From Candidatus Obscuribacteraceae bacterium (GTDB lineage Bacteria; Cyanobacteriota; Vampirovibrionia; Obscuribacterales; Obscuribacteraceae): a DNA stretch of 64,000 nt. The DNA lies in assembly GCA_044226015.1 (NCBI GenBank), contig JBGAHS010000006.1, positions 448,001 through 512,000 of the forward strand. The letters run 5' to 3'. The notes beneath the pieces were generated by a model. The model saw nothing but the letters and a program-made list of their open reading frames with translations, had not been told where the DNA came from and made no database searches. Positions 20,001 to 28,738 of this stretch are shown piece after piece; within the stretch, counting starts at the first letter, position 1, and the number at the start of each line of letters is the position of its first letter. Made by a program: the position numbers and the translations under genes.

Positions 20001-20275
20001 CAGAAAAGGAATTCTCCGATGCAAACATCGCGTGGCTAATAGCTGACATAAACTTCGATCAGACAACACAGCATGAAATTGACGGAAAACGAGTAGTTGA
20101 AGTTATAAAAGGGCAGGATTTGCAATTGCCTCTTGAAAGTGAAATAGCTGAGTTCTACAATCGCCGTGATGGATTTGTTGACCCCGACAATTTGGTCACC
20201 ATCATTGTTGAGAACGAAATCAACCGCGACAAACTAGACAAAGATTTGAAGGATATTCTTGGACTGGCAAGATGA
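17084..20275 (+). CDS. Large low-complexity protein with a C-terminal LysM-like domain
   Basis: About 900 aa Ser/Asn/Gly/Ala-rich region; C-terminal 'KIKAEETLVSIAEKEFSDANIAWLIADIN...GQDLQLP'. Confidence 0.7.
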   Translation: MPLEEQDDSIKKRHEEPDNSSSRLRSESDLALRENMNTSRSPSDTSKVPAISLDESRTTSNKTDTRQVVTRVSDDDASPDSFFAPRKDNGSAKPSPQAELPPNSKGTLKENFNSSPDINTKQDTYSVKNVAEKTQQNSSDSGSAYRSVADTLTRTAAGVGASLVHEINNANARIATETAMAANSPVQSLKSEIKNNIEPSFTSPKQLEKLEANSASIGNMLNSASREVGSALAQKASLAGSVGELVNRSDSMKQEMQHYAQAAKAVEAHNLETRADGLKGDGYAGAKSYENMVKNDAFNSFAAKEALKMENSGGAKTESGLLHGADNTNGILPKIEGAIRNNGEPGAKSPEPAGRSLEAAIKTSGDSIRTTESRLSEQGKQLGEQLSKSPELGAKINSQDLRSNVPENTLKPGAIDNARLSPSDSSIKSNAPEQSNKVSPSDNGSRVNSPETVSRPQTEPGNKVGLEPVHKTTADNIVSKSTADNVAKVSADSSLKGSTIPGAKVEPGTHTEAAKLEAVRVGEQKNQTGAVKDAGTNSTIGKSETAANSIAIKLDPSKGELSTKGDHAAIKLDAGVAVKSAMLNSSEMHSAVQNSISKLDARTLPSTNNDAAKVILQGKVENQTSITGARDNGARDIQTNKSAQAEVSTTRSIAQSNLSAKAEEHIVAGKNQSSQLEGKVNTSNINNIAGTRNAEVAAAGGRAQANIAQGKEISGGNRADLNGRSDATVGQKGSTIGNAAILGGKVAGDAAVGVKGAGRAIRAEGGRYLTGVEIGLLIAAVGIAKARNDARNAKPGEGAAKEFSTHKGFLTERGSRITELTANVRRFPGKEITLSAMLAITGAAGKQSEQANGMANRSMDFNIRIERSIGATGGKTSKEDLVAAALFQQKEADPPAELTDKKKPEEEDSKLDTQLLGLLPSAALLRGRKNEAEETDESDDITAASDSLDLGNTASAYRRVVKIKAEETLVSIAEKEFSDANIAWLIADINFDQTTQHEIDGKRVVEVIKGQDLQLPLESEIAEFYNRRDGFVDPDNLVTIIVENEINRDKLDKDLKDILGLAR

Positions 20276-21416
20276 CAAAGCAACTCGGGCTCTCGCGGAA
20301 AAACTGCGAATGCGCCGTTTTTTGCGTAATGTACTCTGGGCAGGAGTTAATACACTCTATGTAGCTGGGCTCAGTGTATTAATCAAACCGACAGACCATG
20401 CCACTTTTGCAGAACTTGTTCACGGTTTTGATGACCTGATAACAGCACTTAGAAAAGATCTTTCCGGGGTAAGCGAACCGTGCGGCACTATATGCGGTTG
20501 CATAGGCTTTTTCCTTTTTTCCAACGCAGCAATCTGGATCAGTCAGAGATTCACTGGCGCAGTTCGCGTGGTCGTGCTGATTCAATTATCAGTTCTTAGT
20601 CTTTTATATGAACTTGTATGTTTCCAATTCTTTGGTGCCGAAGGTCGCCCACTCTCGACAGTTCTAGCTATTGTGCTGTCTCTCTGCGTAGGGATATTCT
20701 TGCGAAAACGAGATACAGAGAGACGCGAGCTTGATGCAAAACAGATTGAAATCAAATTGCGAAACGATGAACTGCAAGAGTCTCGACTGGCACTAGTGAA
20801 ACAAGACGAGAGTGAACGCCGCCTTCTAGCCGCCGATTTGCACGATCAGGTGCTGAATGATTTGCGCAGCATCCAAAAGAAATTTGAGCAGTATGTCAAA
20901 GAACCCAGCACTGACTCAAAGGATGCAATCAATTCGCTACTAAAAACAACCATGAGCGACATTCGCGAAATCATGGATGAGCTTTGCCCGGTATTACTTG
21001 AAGAATTCGGATTAGGGGCAGCTATTGAAGATCGCCTTGATAAGGCTTCGAAACAGTCCGGATTTCAGGTCAGGTATAATCAGTCTGCATCCAGCGATAC
21101 TCTTGACCGCCTCTCGGCTGTCGAAAAACAACTGTTGTATCGCCTGGTACAGGAATCTCTTAACAACGTCAGCAAGCACGCCGCTGCTACAGTTGTGAGA
21201 GTAAACATCGACGAAACCGACTCACAACTGTTTCTTCGAATAAGTGACGACGGTAAAGGCATTGACCCCAGCAAACTTTCAGAAAGTTCTAGAGGAACTT
21301 TGTATATGCGGCTTCGGGCAGCCCTGATTGGTGCTAAAGTATCATGGAAGCCGGGTCCTGATGGCAAGGGTACTACAGTGGAGATTCGAGCGAATGTACA
21401 AAATACTGGTAGTTGA
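20259..21416 (+). CDS. Membrane sensor histidine kinase, HisKA_3 (NarX/UhpB-like)
   Basis: About 4 TM helices; 'ERRLLAADLHDQV', 'LEEFGL', 'LYRLVQESLNNVSKHA', 'ISDDGKG'. Start codon uncertain (TTG overlapping the upstream gene). Confidence 0.9.
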   Translation: MDWQDDKATRALAEKLRMRRFLRNVLWAGVNTLYVAGLSVLIKPTDHATFAELVHGFDDLITALRKDLSGVSEPCGTICGCIGFFLFSNAAIWISQRFTGAVRVVVLIQLSVLSLLYELVCFQFFGAEGRPLSTVLAIVLSLCVGIFLRKRDTERRELDAKQIEIKLRNDELQESRLALVKQDESERRLLAADLHDQVLNDLRSIQKKFEQYVKEPSTDSKDAINSLLKTTMSDIREIMDELCPVLLEEFGLGAAIEDRLDKASKQSGFQVRYNQSASSDTLDRLSAVEKQLLYRLVQESLNNVSKHAAATVVRVNIDETDSQLFLRISDDGKGIDPSKLSESSRGTLYMRLRAALIGAKVSWKPGPDGKGTTVEIRANVQNTGS

Positions 21417-22149
21417 AGACGTCGCAGCGTTGAGGCAGCATGTCATAAAGATTTTGAAAGAGACTGTGCCGGATATCCACATAGTCGAAGCTACCAACGG
21501 TGCCGAAGGGCTCCGCATGTATAAGGTTGAGCGTCCTGACCTAATTGTTATGGACATTTTGATGCCAGAAATGACTGGAATCAAAGCGGCTCAACAAATA
21601 TGGGCTGAGAACTCAAGGCAAAAGATTCTCTTCTGGTCGCAGTTTCACAAAGAAGCATATGTCCGAGAGTTGGGAAAAATCGTTCCAGATGAAGCCATTC
21701 ACGGATATGCACTGAAAACTGAAAGCGATGAGAAATTGGCTCACGCAATCAACACAGTACTTGTTCACGACAACTCGTATATCGACCCTATAGTGCGCGG
21801 TGTACAGCATGCAATACACGTAAGAGCTGGGCTCTTAAACGAGAGCGAAGCCGCCATTCTCGAAGATTTGATTCTCGGACTTACAGATAAAGCCATTGCT
21901 ATGCGCCAGCACATCAGCGTAAGGGGTGTGCAAAACAGAATTTCAGCGCTGTCTGACAAGCTAGTAAAAGGCTTGGACATTCATGCAAAAGAGACCGCTG
22001 GCTTGGAAGTTTTCAACACAAGAATGCGTATTATGCTCGAAGTGTTCCGTCAAGGTTTTGTTGAGCCAGAAGAAATCGATGGATTGGAGTCAGACCTGGC
22101 CGGTTGGATGGCACGACGCTTGAACTTTGAGATGCCGAGCAAGAAATAG
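21394..22149 (+). CDS. NarL/LuxR-family response regulator
   Basis: 'KILVVED', 'PDLIVMDILMPEMTG', HTH 'GLTDKAIAMRQHISVRGVQ'; overlaps the kinase stop. Confidence 0.9.
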   Translation: MYKILVVEDVAALRQHVIKILKETVPDIHIVEATNGAEGLRMYKVERPDLIVMDILMPEMTGIKAAQQIWAENSRQKILFWSQFHKEAYVRELGKIVPDEAIHGYALKTESDEKLAHAINTVLVHDNSYIDPIVRGVQHAIHVRAGLLNESEAAILEDLILGLTDKAIAMRQHISVRGVQNRISALSDKLVKGLDIHAKETAGLEVFNTRMRIMLEVFRQGFVEPEEIDGLESDLAGWMARRLNFEMPSKK

Positions 22150-22161
22150 CTTCAAACATTC

Positions 22162-25100
22162 TCAATCATCGCCAAAATCCGACTCGCTTAGCTTCGGTAG
22201 ACGCAAACAGTACAAATTTCCTTCCTCATGAGGCTCAACGGAAACAGTGCCGCCATGCTTCTCTACAATAATGCGTGCCAGTGCCAGTGCAAGCCGCGAA
22301 CCGACGTCAGCTAGCGGCACAGTGTCTAAATTCAATTTGGAGTAATGCCAAAACAATTTCTTGCAGTCATCGATTGGTTGCGCGTCATCAAAAATTTGAA
22401 TGAGACTATTTTCTTCTTTGTTTTCGAGACGAACTCTAACCTTGCCAGACGATTCCGAAGCGAAATCAAGAATGTTTGACACAGCTTGTGCAAGGCGATC
22501 GAAATCAGCGTCAACAACAGTTTCATCCAGAGCAAGAGTATATTCAAGTTTGACCTTTTCTTTGTTTACACACGCCTCAATCGATTTCTTGAGTACATCT
22601 GCCAATTCGATCTCTTCAAGACGCATTGTCATCTTTCCAGCTTCCAACTTCTCGAGGTCCAAAAGATCACTTAGCACCTCAACAAGAGCTCGACAGTCTG
22701 CGCTTATTTGATTCAAAATCGCAAGCTCTGCGGGCTCGACCACACCGAACGAACCTGCTGCAGCTAGTTGGGTCGTACCATGAATAGCTGTAAGTGGTGA
22801 GCGCAGGTCATGACTTACCATGTTCAAAAAATCTTGCTTTAGCTGAGCGAGCTGCTTTCGCGCTGTGATATCGTAAGCAACGCAGTAAGTTTGCGAGTCA
22901 TCTGGCTTGCGTGATAAAGACCATTCCACATCGACAAGTTCAACGTTTTTTCTAAGGACCTGTCCTTCTAGCTGGTATCGGGCTTGCTCTTTTGGTTCAG
23001 ATTCAACAGCAGCTTTGATTTTCTCAACACTCTCTTTGTCGGAGACAAGGTCAAATAATCTTTTCGTCGGTACTTCTGCTCGGCTTAAAGACAGAAGTCT
23101 GCGTCCGGCAGGATTTATACTCAAGAATTGACCTTCTCTACCGAGCACACAAATAAGGTCTTGAGAGTTATCAAAAATTGCGCGCTCCTTCTTGCGAGCG
23201 TCACTGAGCGCAGCAGCAGTGCGATGAAACTCTTGATCCAAATTTGCTATTTGATCGTTTCCATCAATTGGTAGATTCAAACTCTTATCGTTAGCCAGTC
23301 GATTAGCGTTATCAGCGAGAATCATCAATCGAGAGTTGATATCTCGACTAAAGTAGAAAGCAAGCAAGACTGAGGAAAGTATGCTGCCAGCAAAACCCAT
23401 AGCGAGAACTTCCCATTGTGCCTCGCGCAGAGACTTTTGCTTTGTTGGACTCATCTGCTCTTTGCTTTCTGCCAGATTAACGATGCCCTCAAGATTTCGG
23501 TAAAGGCGAAGCAAGGTGGGAATCATCGCATGCCGAGAGGAAAATGGCAAAAATATTTCACGGTTCAACCGCACATTCTCTTTGGCTTCTGCATAGCTTT
23601 CTTCAATGTAATTGAAGCAATCTTCTGACTTCTTCAACAACTCAAGTTCAGATGGGTCTTTTGCAATCAAACGATAAAGCTTTGCTTTGGTTTGCCTGAG
23701 AACCTTCATATTGCTCTGAATCTTTTTCCAGTCATCATCGCTAAACTCATGCCCGAGGGTCGTTTGCGTATCGACACTGAGTATTGTCAGAGCACTGGCT
23801 GCATTCGAAACCAATCGCTCATGTAATTCGTGAGACCTTTCCTTATCCACTTGCATAAGAATTACGGAGAGACTGCAGACCAGCACAATTTCGCAGAACA
23901 AAGGCAGACCAACGAGAACAGCGCCCTTCAGCGGCATGCCGATATTGGATATAAACTTGAATCGATTGGCGACCACAGCAGGCAGACTTTGGGTCTCCGA
24001 AAGTTCGTGATTCCAGACCTTGCTCACTGCTGGCTCTGCAATATCTGAATGGAGCGCAGGAACCTTTTTCGGTATTGAGAACCAGAACGTACTGCCTTTA
24101 TCAGCTTCACTTTTGACACCAATACTGCCACCATGCGCTTCAACTATCTGCTTGCAGATTGGCAGCCCCAAGCCAGTTCCGGCTTGTCGTTTGCCGTCTG
24201 ACTCTTCGACTTGGGAGAACTTTTCAAATACACTAGAAATCTGATTTTCTGGAACACCTCGCCCATAATCAATCACTTCGCAAACAAAGCTGTTGTCATT
24301 TTCCTTGCTAACGATTTCAATCTTGCTTCCATCATCTGAGAATTTTATTGCATTCGTGAGTAAGTTGACGAGAACCTGAATAATTCTGTTTTTGTCAACA
24401 TTCCAGGAAGCTTCAATGCTCTCATGAATAATACGGATCTGTTTTCTTTCTGCAAGCGCCTCAACATTGTTAACCGAGCTTTCTATTAACTTCGAAACCT
24501 GACACCATTCCGTTTCAATTTTTTGCCTGCCAAAAGACTCATTATTAATCGCAAGTAGATCGTTAACCAGGCTTACCAGGCGCTTCATATTGCTTCCAGC
24601 GCCGCTCAACTTAGTTCTTGCAGTCTCGCTCAGATTGTCTTTGTGTTCTCGAATGAGTGCGTTGAACGAATTAGATATGGAATCAAGCGGCTTCTTCAAA
24701 TTGACGCTAATCATACTCAGGAAACGTGCTTTAGCCTGCTCAAGCTCCTTTTGTTCTGTAATGTCGTGAATGATGCAAAAGGCTTGTTGCACGGAACTCG
24801 ACCAATAGGCAGAACAAAGCATCACCTTTTCTTCTTGATTCTTTTTCCTTACAGCAAACTCGAAAATACGAGGTTCTCCCGTTTGCTTGGCGGCTTTCAG
24901 CTCATCCACAAAGCTTTTGGCGTCTTTTTCTGAGAGTAGCTGCGCAATTGAAAGACCAATCAACTCGTCCACATCATAGCCCCAATAGTCACGACAAACG
25001 GGGTTAATTTTTACAAAAACGAAATTCGAATTGAAGACACAAATAACATCGCTAGCATTTTCGAACAATGCCTGCTCTCTTGCAGAAGCATCACTTAGCT

Positions 25101-25863
25101 GCTTCTGCATTTCATGGAAAGCCTTATCAACTTGTGCGATTTCATCAGTTCCAGATAAAGCAGGCTGCATTTCTTTTCCCATGCGAAGAGCTTTCGCATT
25201 AGAAGTAATGGTTTGAATTCTTCCCAGGATTTCAGTTCGATAAAATAAAGCAAGCCCTGTTGCCAGTCCAACATTTGCTAGCAAACCGAATAGCAGAATA
25301 TAATTTTGTTGCTGACGAATTCTTTCTTGTCGCTGCCTGGTTAGAGCCGTGGCATCGTCACCATGCTGTACCATCTCGTGTAATCGCACAGAGGAATCTG
25401 TCGCAACCTTATTCATTTCGATAGACAACTTAAGCAACCAGTCTAAGGTTTCCTTTGCAGATTTCTTGTAGTTCCTTGCAATTTCTGCAGCGGCATCCAG
25501 GACTCTAGCTTGATTGCGCTCAAGATCATCGACAAACGTGAGGGAGATCTCTGGACACTTCTTCTTAATCTCGTCGGCTTCTACAGAGAACTTGTTTATG
25601 AGTGCAACATTTTTTTCGTAGTTCTGAAACAATTTGTCAGAGCGAAACTCCATTGCTGCAGCCAGGAGCAATGGAACTTCGACAGTCAGCGATAACAACC
25701 TGAGCTGCACCACAGCACCACGCCGATAAACAACCTCTTTGAGCTTTTCCTGTTCAGACTGATAAAGTAGGACGGTTAGGCTCGAAAGTAGGCCAAGCTC
25801 AAGCAAGAGCGGTAGCCCAACTAAAATCAGCCCCTTTTGAAAAACCTTGAGTCCGGCTGGCAT
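22162..25863 (-). CDS. Tandem double sensor histidine kinase (2x TM-sensor-TM-HAMP-PAS-DHp-CA)
   Basis: Internal duplication: 'KGLILVGLPL' / 'KGAVLVGLPL' and 'ALFENASDVICV' / 'AIFDNSQDLICV'; two DHp and two HATPase-like regions. Confidence 0.88.
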   Translation of the reverse strand: MPAGLKVFQKGLILVGLPLLLELGLLSSLTVLLYQSEQEKLKEVVYRRGAVVQLRLLSLTVEVPLLLAAAMEFRSDKLFQNYEKNVALINKFSVEADEIKKKCPEISLTFVDDLERNQARVLDAAAEIARNYKKSAKETLDWLLKLSIEMNKVATDSSVRLHEMVQHGDDATALTRQRQERIRQQQNYILLFGLLANVGLATGLALFYRTEILGRIQTITSNAKALRMGKEMQPALSGTDEIAQVDKAFHEMQKQLSDASAREQALFENASDVICVFNSNFVFVKINPVCRDYWGYDVDELIGLSIAQLLSEKDAKSFVDELKAAKQTGEPRIFEFAVRKKNQEEKVMLCSAYWSSSVQQAFCIIHDITEQKELEQAKARFLSMISVNLKKPLDSISNSFNALIREHKDNLSETARTKLSGAGSNMKRLVSLVNDLLAINNESFGRQKIETEWCQVSKLIESSVNNVEALAERKQIRIIHESIEASWNVDKNRIIQVLVNLLTNAIKFSDDGSKIEIVSKENDNSFVCEVIDYGRGVPENQISSVFEKFSQVEESDGKRQAGTGLGLPICKQIVEAHGGSIGVKSEADKGSTFWFSIPKKVPALHSDIAEPAVSKVWNHELSETQSLPAVVANRFKFISNIGMPLKGAVLVGLPLFCEIVLVCSLSVILMQVDKERSHELHERLVSNAASALTILSVDTQTTLGHEFSDDDWKKIQSNMKVLRQTKAKLYRLIAKDPSELELLKKSEDCFNYIEESYAEAKENVRLNREIFLPFSSRHAMIPTLLRLYRNLEGIVNLAESKEQMSPTKQKSLREAQWEVLAMGFAGSILSSVLLAFYFSRDINSRLMILADNANRLANDKSLNLPIDGNDQIANLDQEFHRTAAALSDARKKERAIFDNSQDLICVLGREGQFLSINPAGRRLLSLSRAEVPTKRLFDLVSDKESVEKIKAAVESEPKEQARYQLEGQVLRKNVELVDVEWSLSRKPDDSQTYCVAYDITARKQLAQLKQDFLNMVSHDLRSPLTAIHGTTQLAAAGSFGVVEPAELAILNQISADCRALVEVLSDLLDLEKLEAGKMTMRLEEIELADVLKKSIEACVNKEKVKLEYTLALDETVVDADFDRLAQAVSNILDFASESSGKVRVRLENKEENSLIQIFDDAQPIDDCKKLFWHYSKLNLDTVPLADVGSRLALALARIIVEKHGGTVSVEPHEEGNLYCLRLPKLSESDFGDD

Positions 25864-26008
25864 TGCCAGTTATCCTGATGAGTAATACCAATTTATACCC
25901 AGTTTATTCCGCCAAACTCCCAGGAGACAGGCTAGACTGGACTTTTAGAATTTGTTTGGCGATATGCAAAACGAGCAGTAAAATGAATGTCCAAAAGACG
26001 AGGGCCTT

Positions 26009-26998
26009 ATGACGAGCAAATTTCCAAAGTTGGCAGGCTTGCTCTTGCTTGCAAGTGCGTTTTCAATACAATCAGCTTTTGCATGGAGCGACCTTGGCCA
26101 TATGGCAGTGGCGTACATCGCTTATCAAAAGCTCTCACCAACAGCAAAAGAGCGGGTGAATCAGCTAACAAAACTGAACCCTTTCTGCGAAGCATGGAAG
26201 GCGGAAATTCGCGAGTCTGGGGCAAAAATAGACACTGACACGGCACTTTTCATGCTGTCAGCAACCTTTCCAGATTTGATCAAGACAGACTCAAGATATG
26301 AGTCTGACGGTTCGGAAAAGGGAAACAGCCCCGACGACCCGAGGGCAGCGCAGAACATTGGATTTGCTGATCACCTCACGCATAAATACTGGCATTACTA
26401 CGACCTGCCGTTTTCACAGGATAAGGCACAGCTGTTCACTCCACCTGCGCCAAATGCGCTCACGCAGATAGCCACGATGCGCAAGACACTGGCTTCTGAT
26501 GCCAGCGATGATGTAAAGTCCTACGACCTATGCTGGTTGACACACATTGTTGGCGACGTACACCAGCCCCTTCATTGCACGACTCGAGTCAGCAAAAACT
26601 CCCTGCATGGCGACAATGGTGGCAATGACGTTTCTATCTTGTACAGCCCTTCAAAATATAAGTATCAAACCTTTTACGAAGGCATGAAACCACAAATCAG
26701 ACTGCACTGGTTTTGGGACTCTTGCCTCGGAAACACGGGGTTAAGCCACACGCTTAGAGTGGCTACGCAACTGCAGAACGCCAACGCAAAAATGGCAAAT
26801 GACTTGAATGAGAACGACTGGATCAAGGAGAGCTTTGACTTAGCAAAGAAGAAGCTCTATTCCTCCCCGATTGGTTCTGGAAATGGTCCATTTTTGATGA
26901 CTCCCAAATACGAACAGGCTGCCATAAAAATCTCGCGCGAACGTGTAGCGCTAGCCGGAGAACGGTTAGCCAAGATTCTGAACAAAGAACTCAAATAG
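26009..26998 (+). CDS. S1/P1 nuclease, secreted
   Basis: Signal peptide then mature 'WSDLGHMAVA'; 'WHYYD', 'HIVGDVHQPLH', 'GDNGGN', 'LHWFWD', 'LAGERLAKILN'. Confidence 0.92.
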   Translation: MTSKFPKLAGLLLLASAFSIQSAFAWSDLGHMAVAYIAYQKLSPTAKERVNQLTKLNPFCEAWKAEIRESGAKIDTDTALFMLSATFPDLIKTDSRYESDGSEKGNSPDDPRAAQNIGFADHLTHKYWHYYDLPFSQDKAQLFTPPAPNALTQIATMRKTLASDASDDVKSYDLCWLTHIVGDVHQPLHCTTRVSKNSLHGDNGGNDVSILYSPSKYKYQTFYEGMKPQIRLHWFWDSCLGNTGLSHTLRVATQLQNANAKMANDLNENDWIKESFDLAKKKLYSSPIGSGNGPFLMTPKYEQAAIKISRERVALAGERLAKILNKELK

Positions 26999-27194
26999 TA
27001 AAAGACGCCGAAATAGATTCTGAGCAATGTATCTCGGCGCCTGGGGATTGGTCGGGTGAGTCAAATATAGCCCTTTCCCGTGCAAGCGCCGTGCGAAGGA
27101 TGTGGATCCGGCAGCATGAAAAGCGGTAGAACAAAAAAATAATCGATCACAAACTTTTAGAACAGGACAGTTTAATCTGCTGATAAAGCGGGGA

Positions 27195-27746
27195 ATGGAT
27201 TATAATGACCGCTCGTGCCACGGAGAAAGGCTTGAAATGACTGGAACTGCAAATTTGTCCGAAGAAAACGACCTCAACTATGCCAACTTTTTGGAACGCC
27301 TTCAGCTAGAGCTGGAGCGCTCAAAGCGTTATAACAGAAGCTTTTCGCTGTGCCTGTTCGCTCTGGGCGGCGGCGGCGTTGAATTCGCGGCAGTTGATGT
27401 CAAACCATTTGTGAAAGAACTGTCCAAACTGATATCTGAAGTAGCACGAATACCAGACATAGTTGTCAGCAGCTCGTCGGACGAGCTGGCTTTGATAATG
27501 CCTGAAACTCCACTACCAGGTGCATTCACCGCAGCTGATAGAATTCGCAAGCGCTTGATGGACCACACCTTCAAACTCAATGGCGAAGACACAAAATTGT
27601 CTGTGAGTATGGGTGTAGCTTCTTACCCTGATCATGCAAGTGATACCCAGGGACTTGCTTCCGCTGCCCATCAAGCTAGAGAACTTGCATCAAAGCGTGA
27701 GCCTAACTCCATCGCATCAGCGGCTGAAGTCAACGAAGGCGAATAG
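27195..27746 (+). CDS. Degenerate GGDEF-domain protein
   Basis: 'LQLELERSKRYNRSFSL', 'RIPDIVVSSSSDEL', 'ADRIRK', 'LSVSMGVASYP'; GGDEF is replaced by SSDEL. Start 27195 or 27238. Confidence 0.8.
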   Translation: MDYNDRSCHGERLEMTGTANLSEENDLNYANFLERLQLELERSKRYNRSFSLCLFALGGGGVEFAAVDVKPFVKELSKLISEVARIPDIVVSSSSDELALIMPETPLPGAFTAADRIRKRLMDHTFKLNGEDTKLSVSMGVASYPDHASDTQGLASAAHQARELASKREPNSIASAAEVNEGE

Positions 27747-27809
27747 TCACCATATTTGGTATCAATAATTCTGCAAAGGGAAGTGGCAAACTTCCCTTTT
27801 TCTTTGAAA

Positions 27810-28532
27810 TCAGGGATGCGTCTTCCAGCGCTCAAAGTGCTTGGCCACAATATCAACAGCCTCAGCCGGAGTATTAACGCAAGTGGGAATCTCAAGATCT
27901 ACCGGATTTGCCAGAAGCATTCCTTCTTCCAGCATGTTGTCACCAGACCAATCGACAAGCTCACGCCACATTTCACCAATTAAGATAAGTGGCGTATCGT
28001 AGAGCTTGCGAACCTGAAGAAGTTGCCAAATCATCGAGAGTTCCAACAGGGTGCCTATGCCGCCGGGAAGAACTATGAATGCATCAGACGAAATGACAAA
28101 GTGGTGCAGCCTTGAGAAGAAGGTCTTATGTTGAAAGGCCCTTCCGACAAAAGGATTAGGTTCTTTTTCAAACGGTAAATCAATACGTATACCGATTGAC
28201 TTGTCCATTTTGCCACCAGATGCGATGGCAGCACCCTCGTTAGCAGCCTGCATCAAACCGGGCCCGCCACCAGTTATAATACCGCAGCCAAGAGCTGAGA
28301 GTGCCTGAGAAAGCTCGCGAGCTTGCGCATATACAGGACTGCCCGGCTGAATTCTGGCCGAACCAAACATGGTAACAAAATAGTGCTCTTTGTGAGTTCG
28401 GCGCAATCGGGTCAGCTCATTCACGACCTCCCAGAGGTTCTCGACAGCTTTTACGAGAACCTGAGACACGTTTTCCTCATCTGACAACAAAACGACGTCT
28501 GTTTGCCCTGGCCTGATAATGTCGCCGGTCAT
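27810..28532 (-). CDS. LOG family (lysine decarboxylase-like/phosphoribohydrolase) protein
   Basis: 'VTMFGSAR', 'ITGGGPGLMQAANEGA', 'LPFE', 'PGGIGTLLEL'. Confidence 0.9.
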   Translation of the reverse strand: MTGDIIRPGQTDVVLLSDEENVSQVLVKAVENLWEVVNELTRLRRTHKEHYFVTMFGSARIQPGSPVYAQARELSQALSALGCGIITGGGPGLMQAANEGAAIASGGKMDKSIGIRIDLPFEKEPNPFVGRAFQHKTFFSRLHHFVISSDAFIVLPGGIGTLLELSMIWQLLQVRKLYDTPLILIGEMWRELVDWSGDNMLEEGMLLANPVDLEIPTCVNTPAEAVDIVAKHFERWKTHP

Positions 28533-28738
28533 TTTCCTTTTCTCCTGGATACATACGAGTGAAGCAAGGAGGACCACTCGCAAATTTCAAACTGACTCTA
28601 GCCGCAGAATGCTTAAAAAGTAAAGCCAGCTTGCAAAAAACCGGCTATTACTTTAACTTAATATGAGGGGAGCAAGGTTTGATCAACCTTTAACGCAAGC
28701 CCTAGTACGATTTCAACAGTCCCTTTTGGTTCGTTTCG

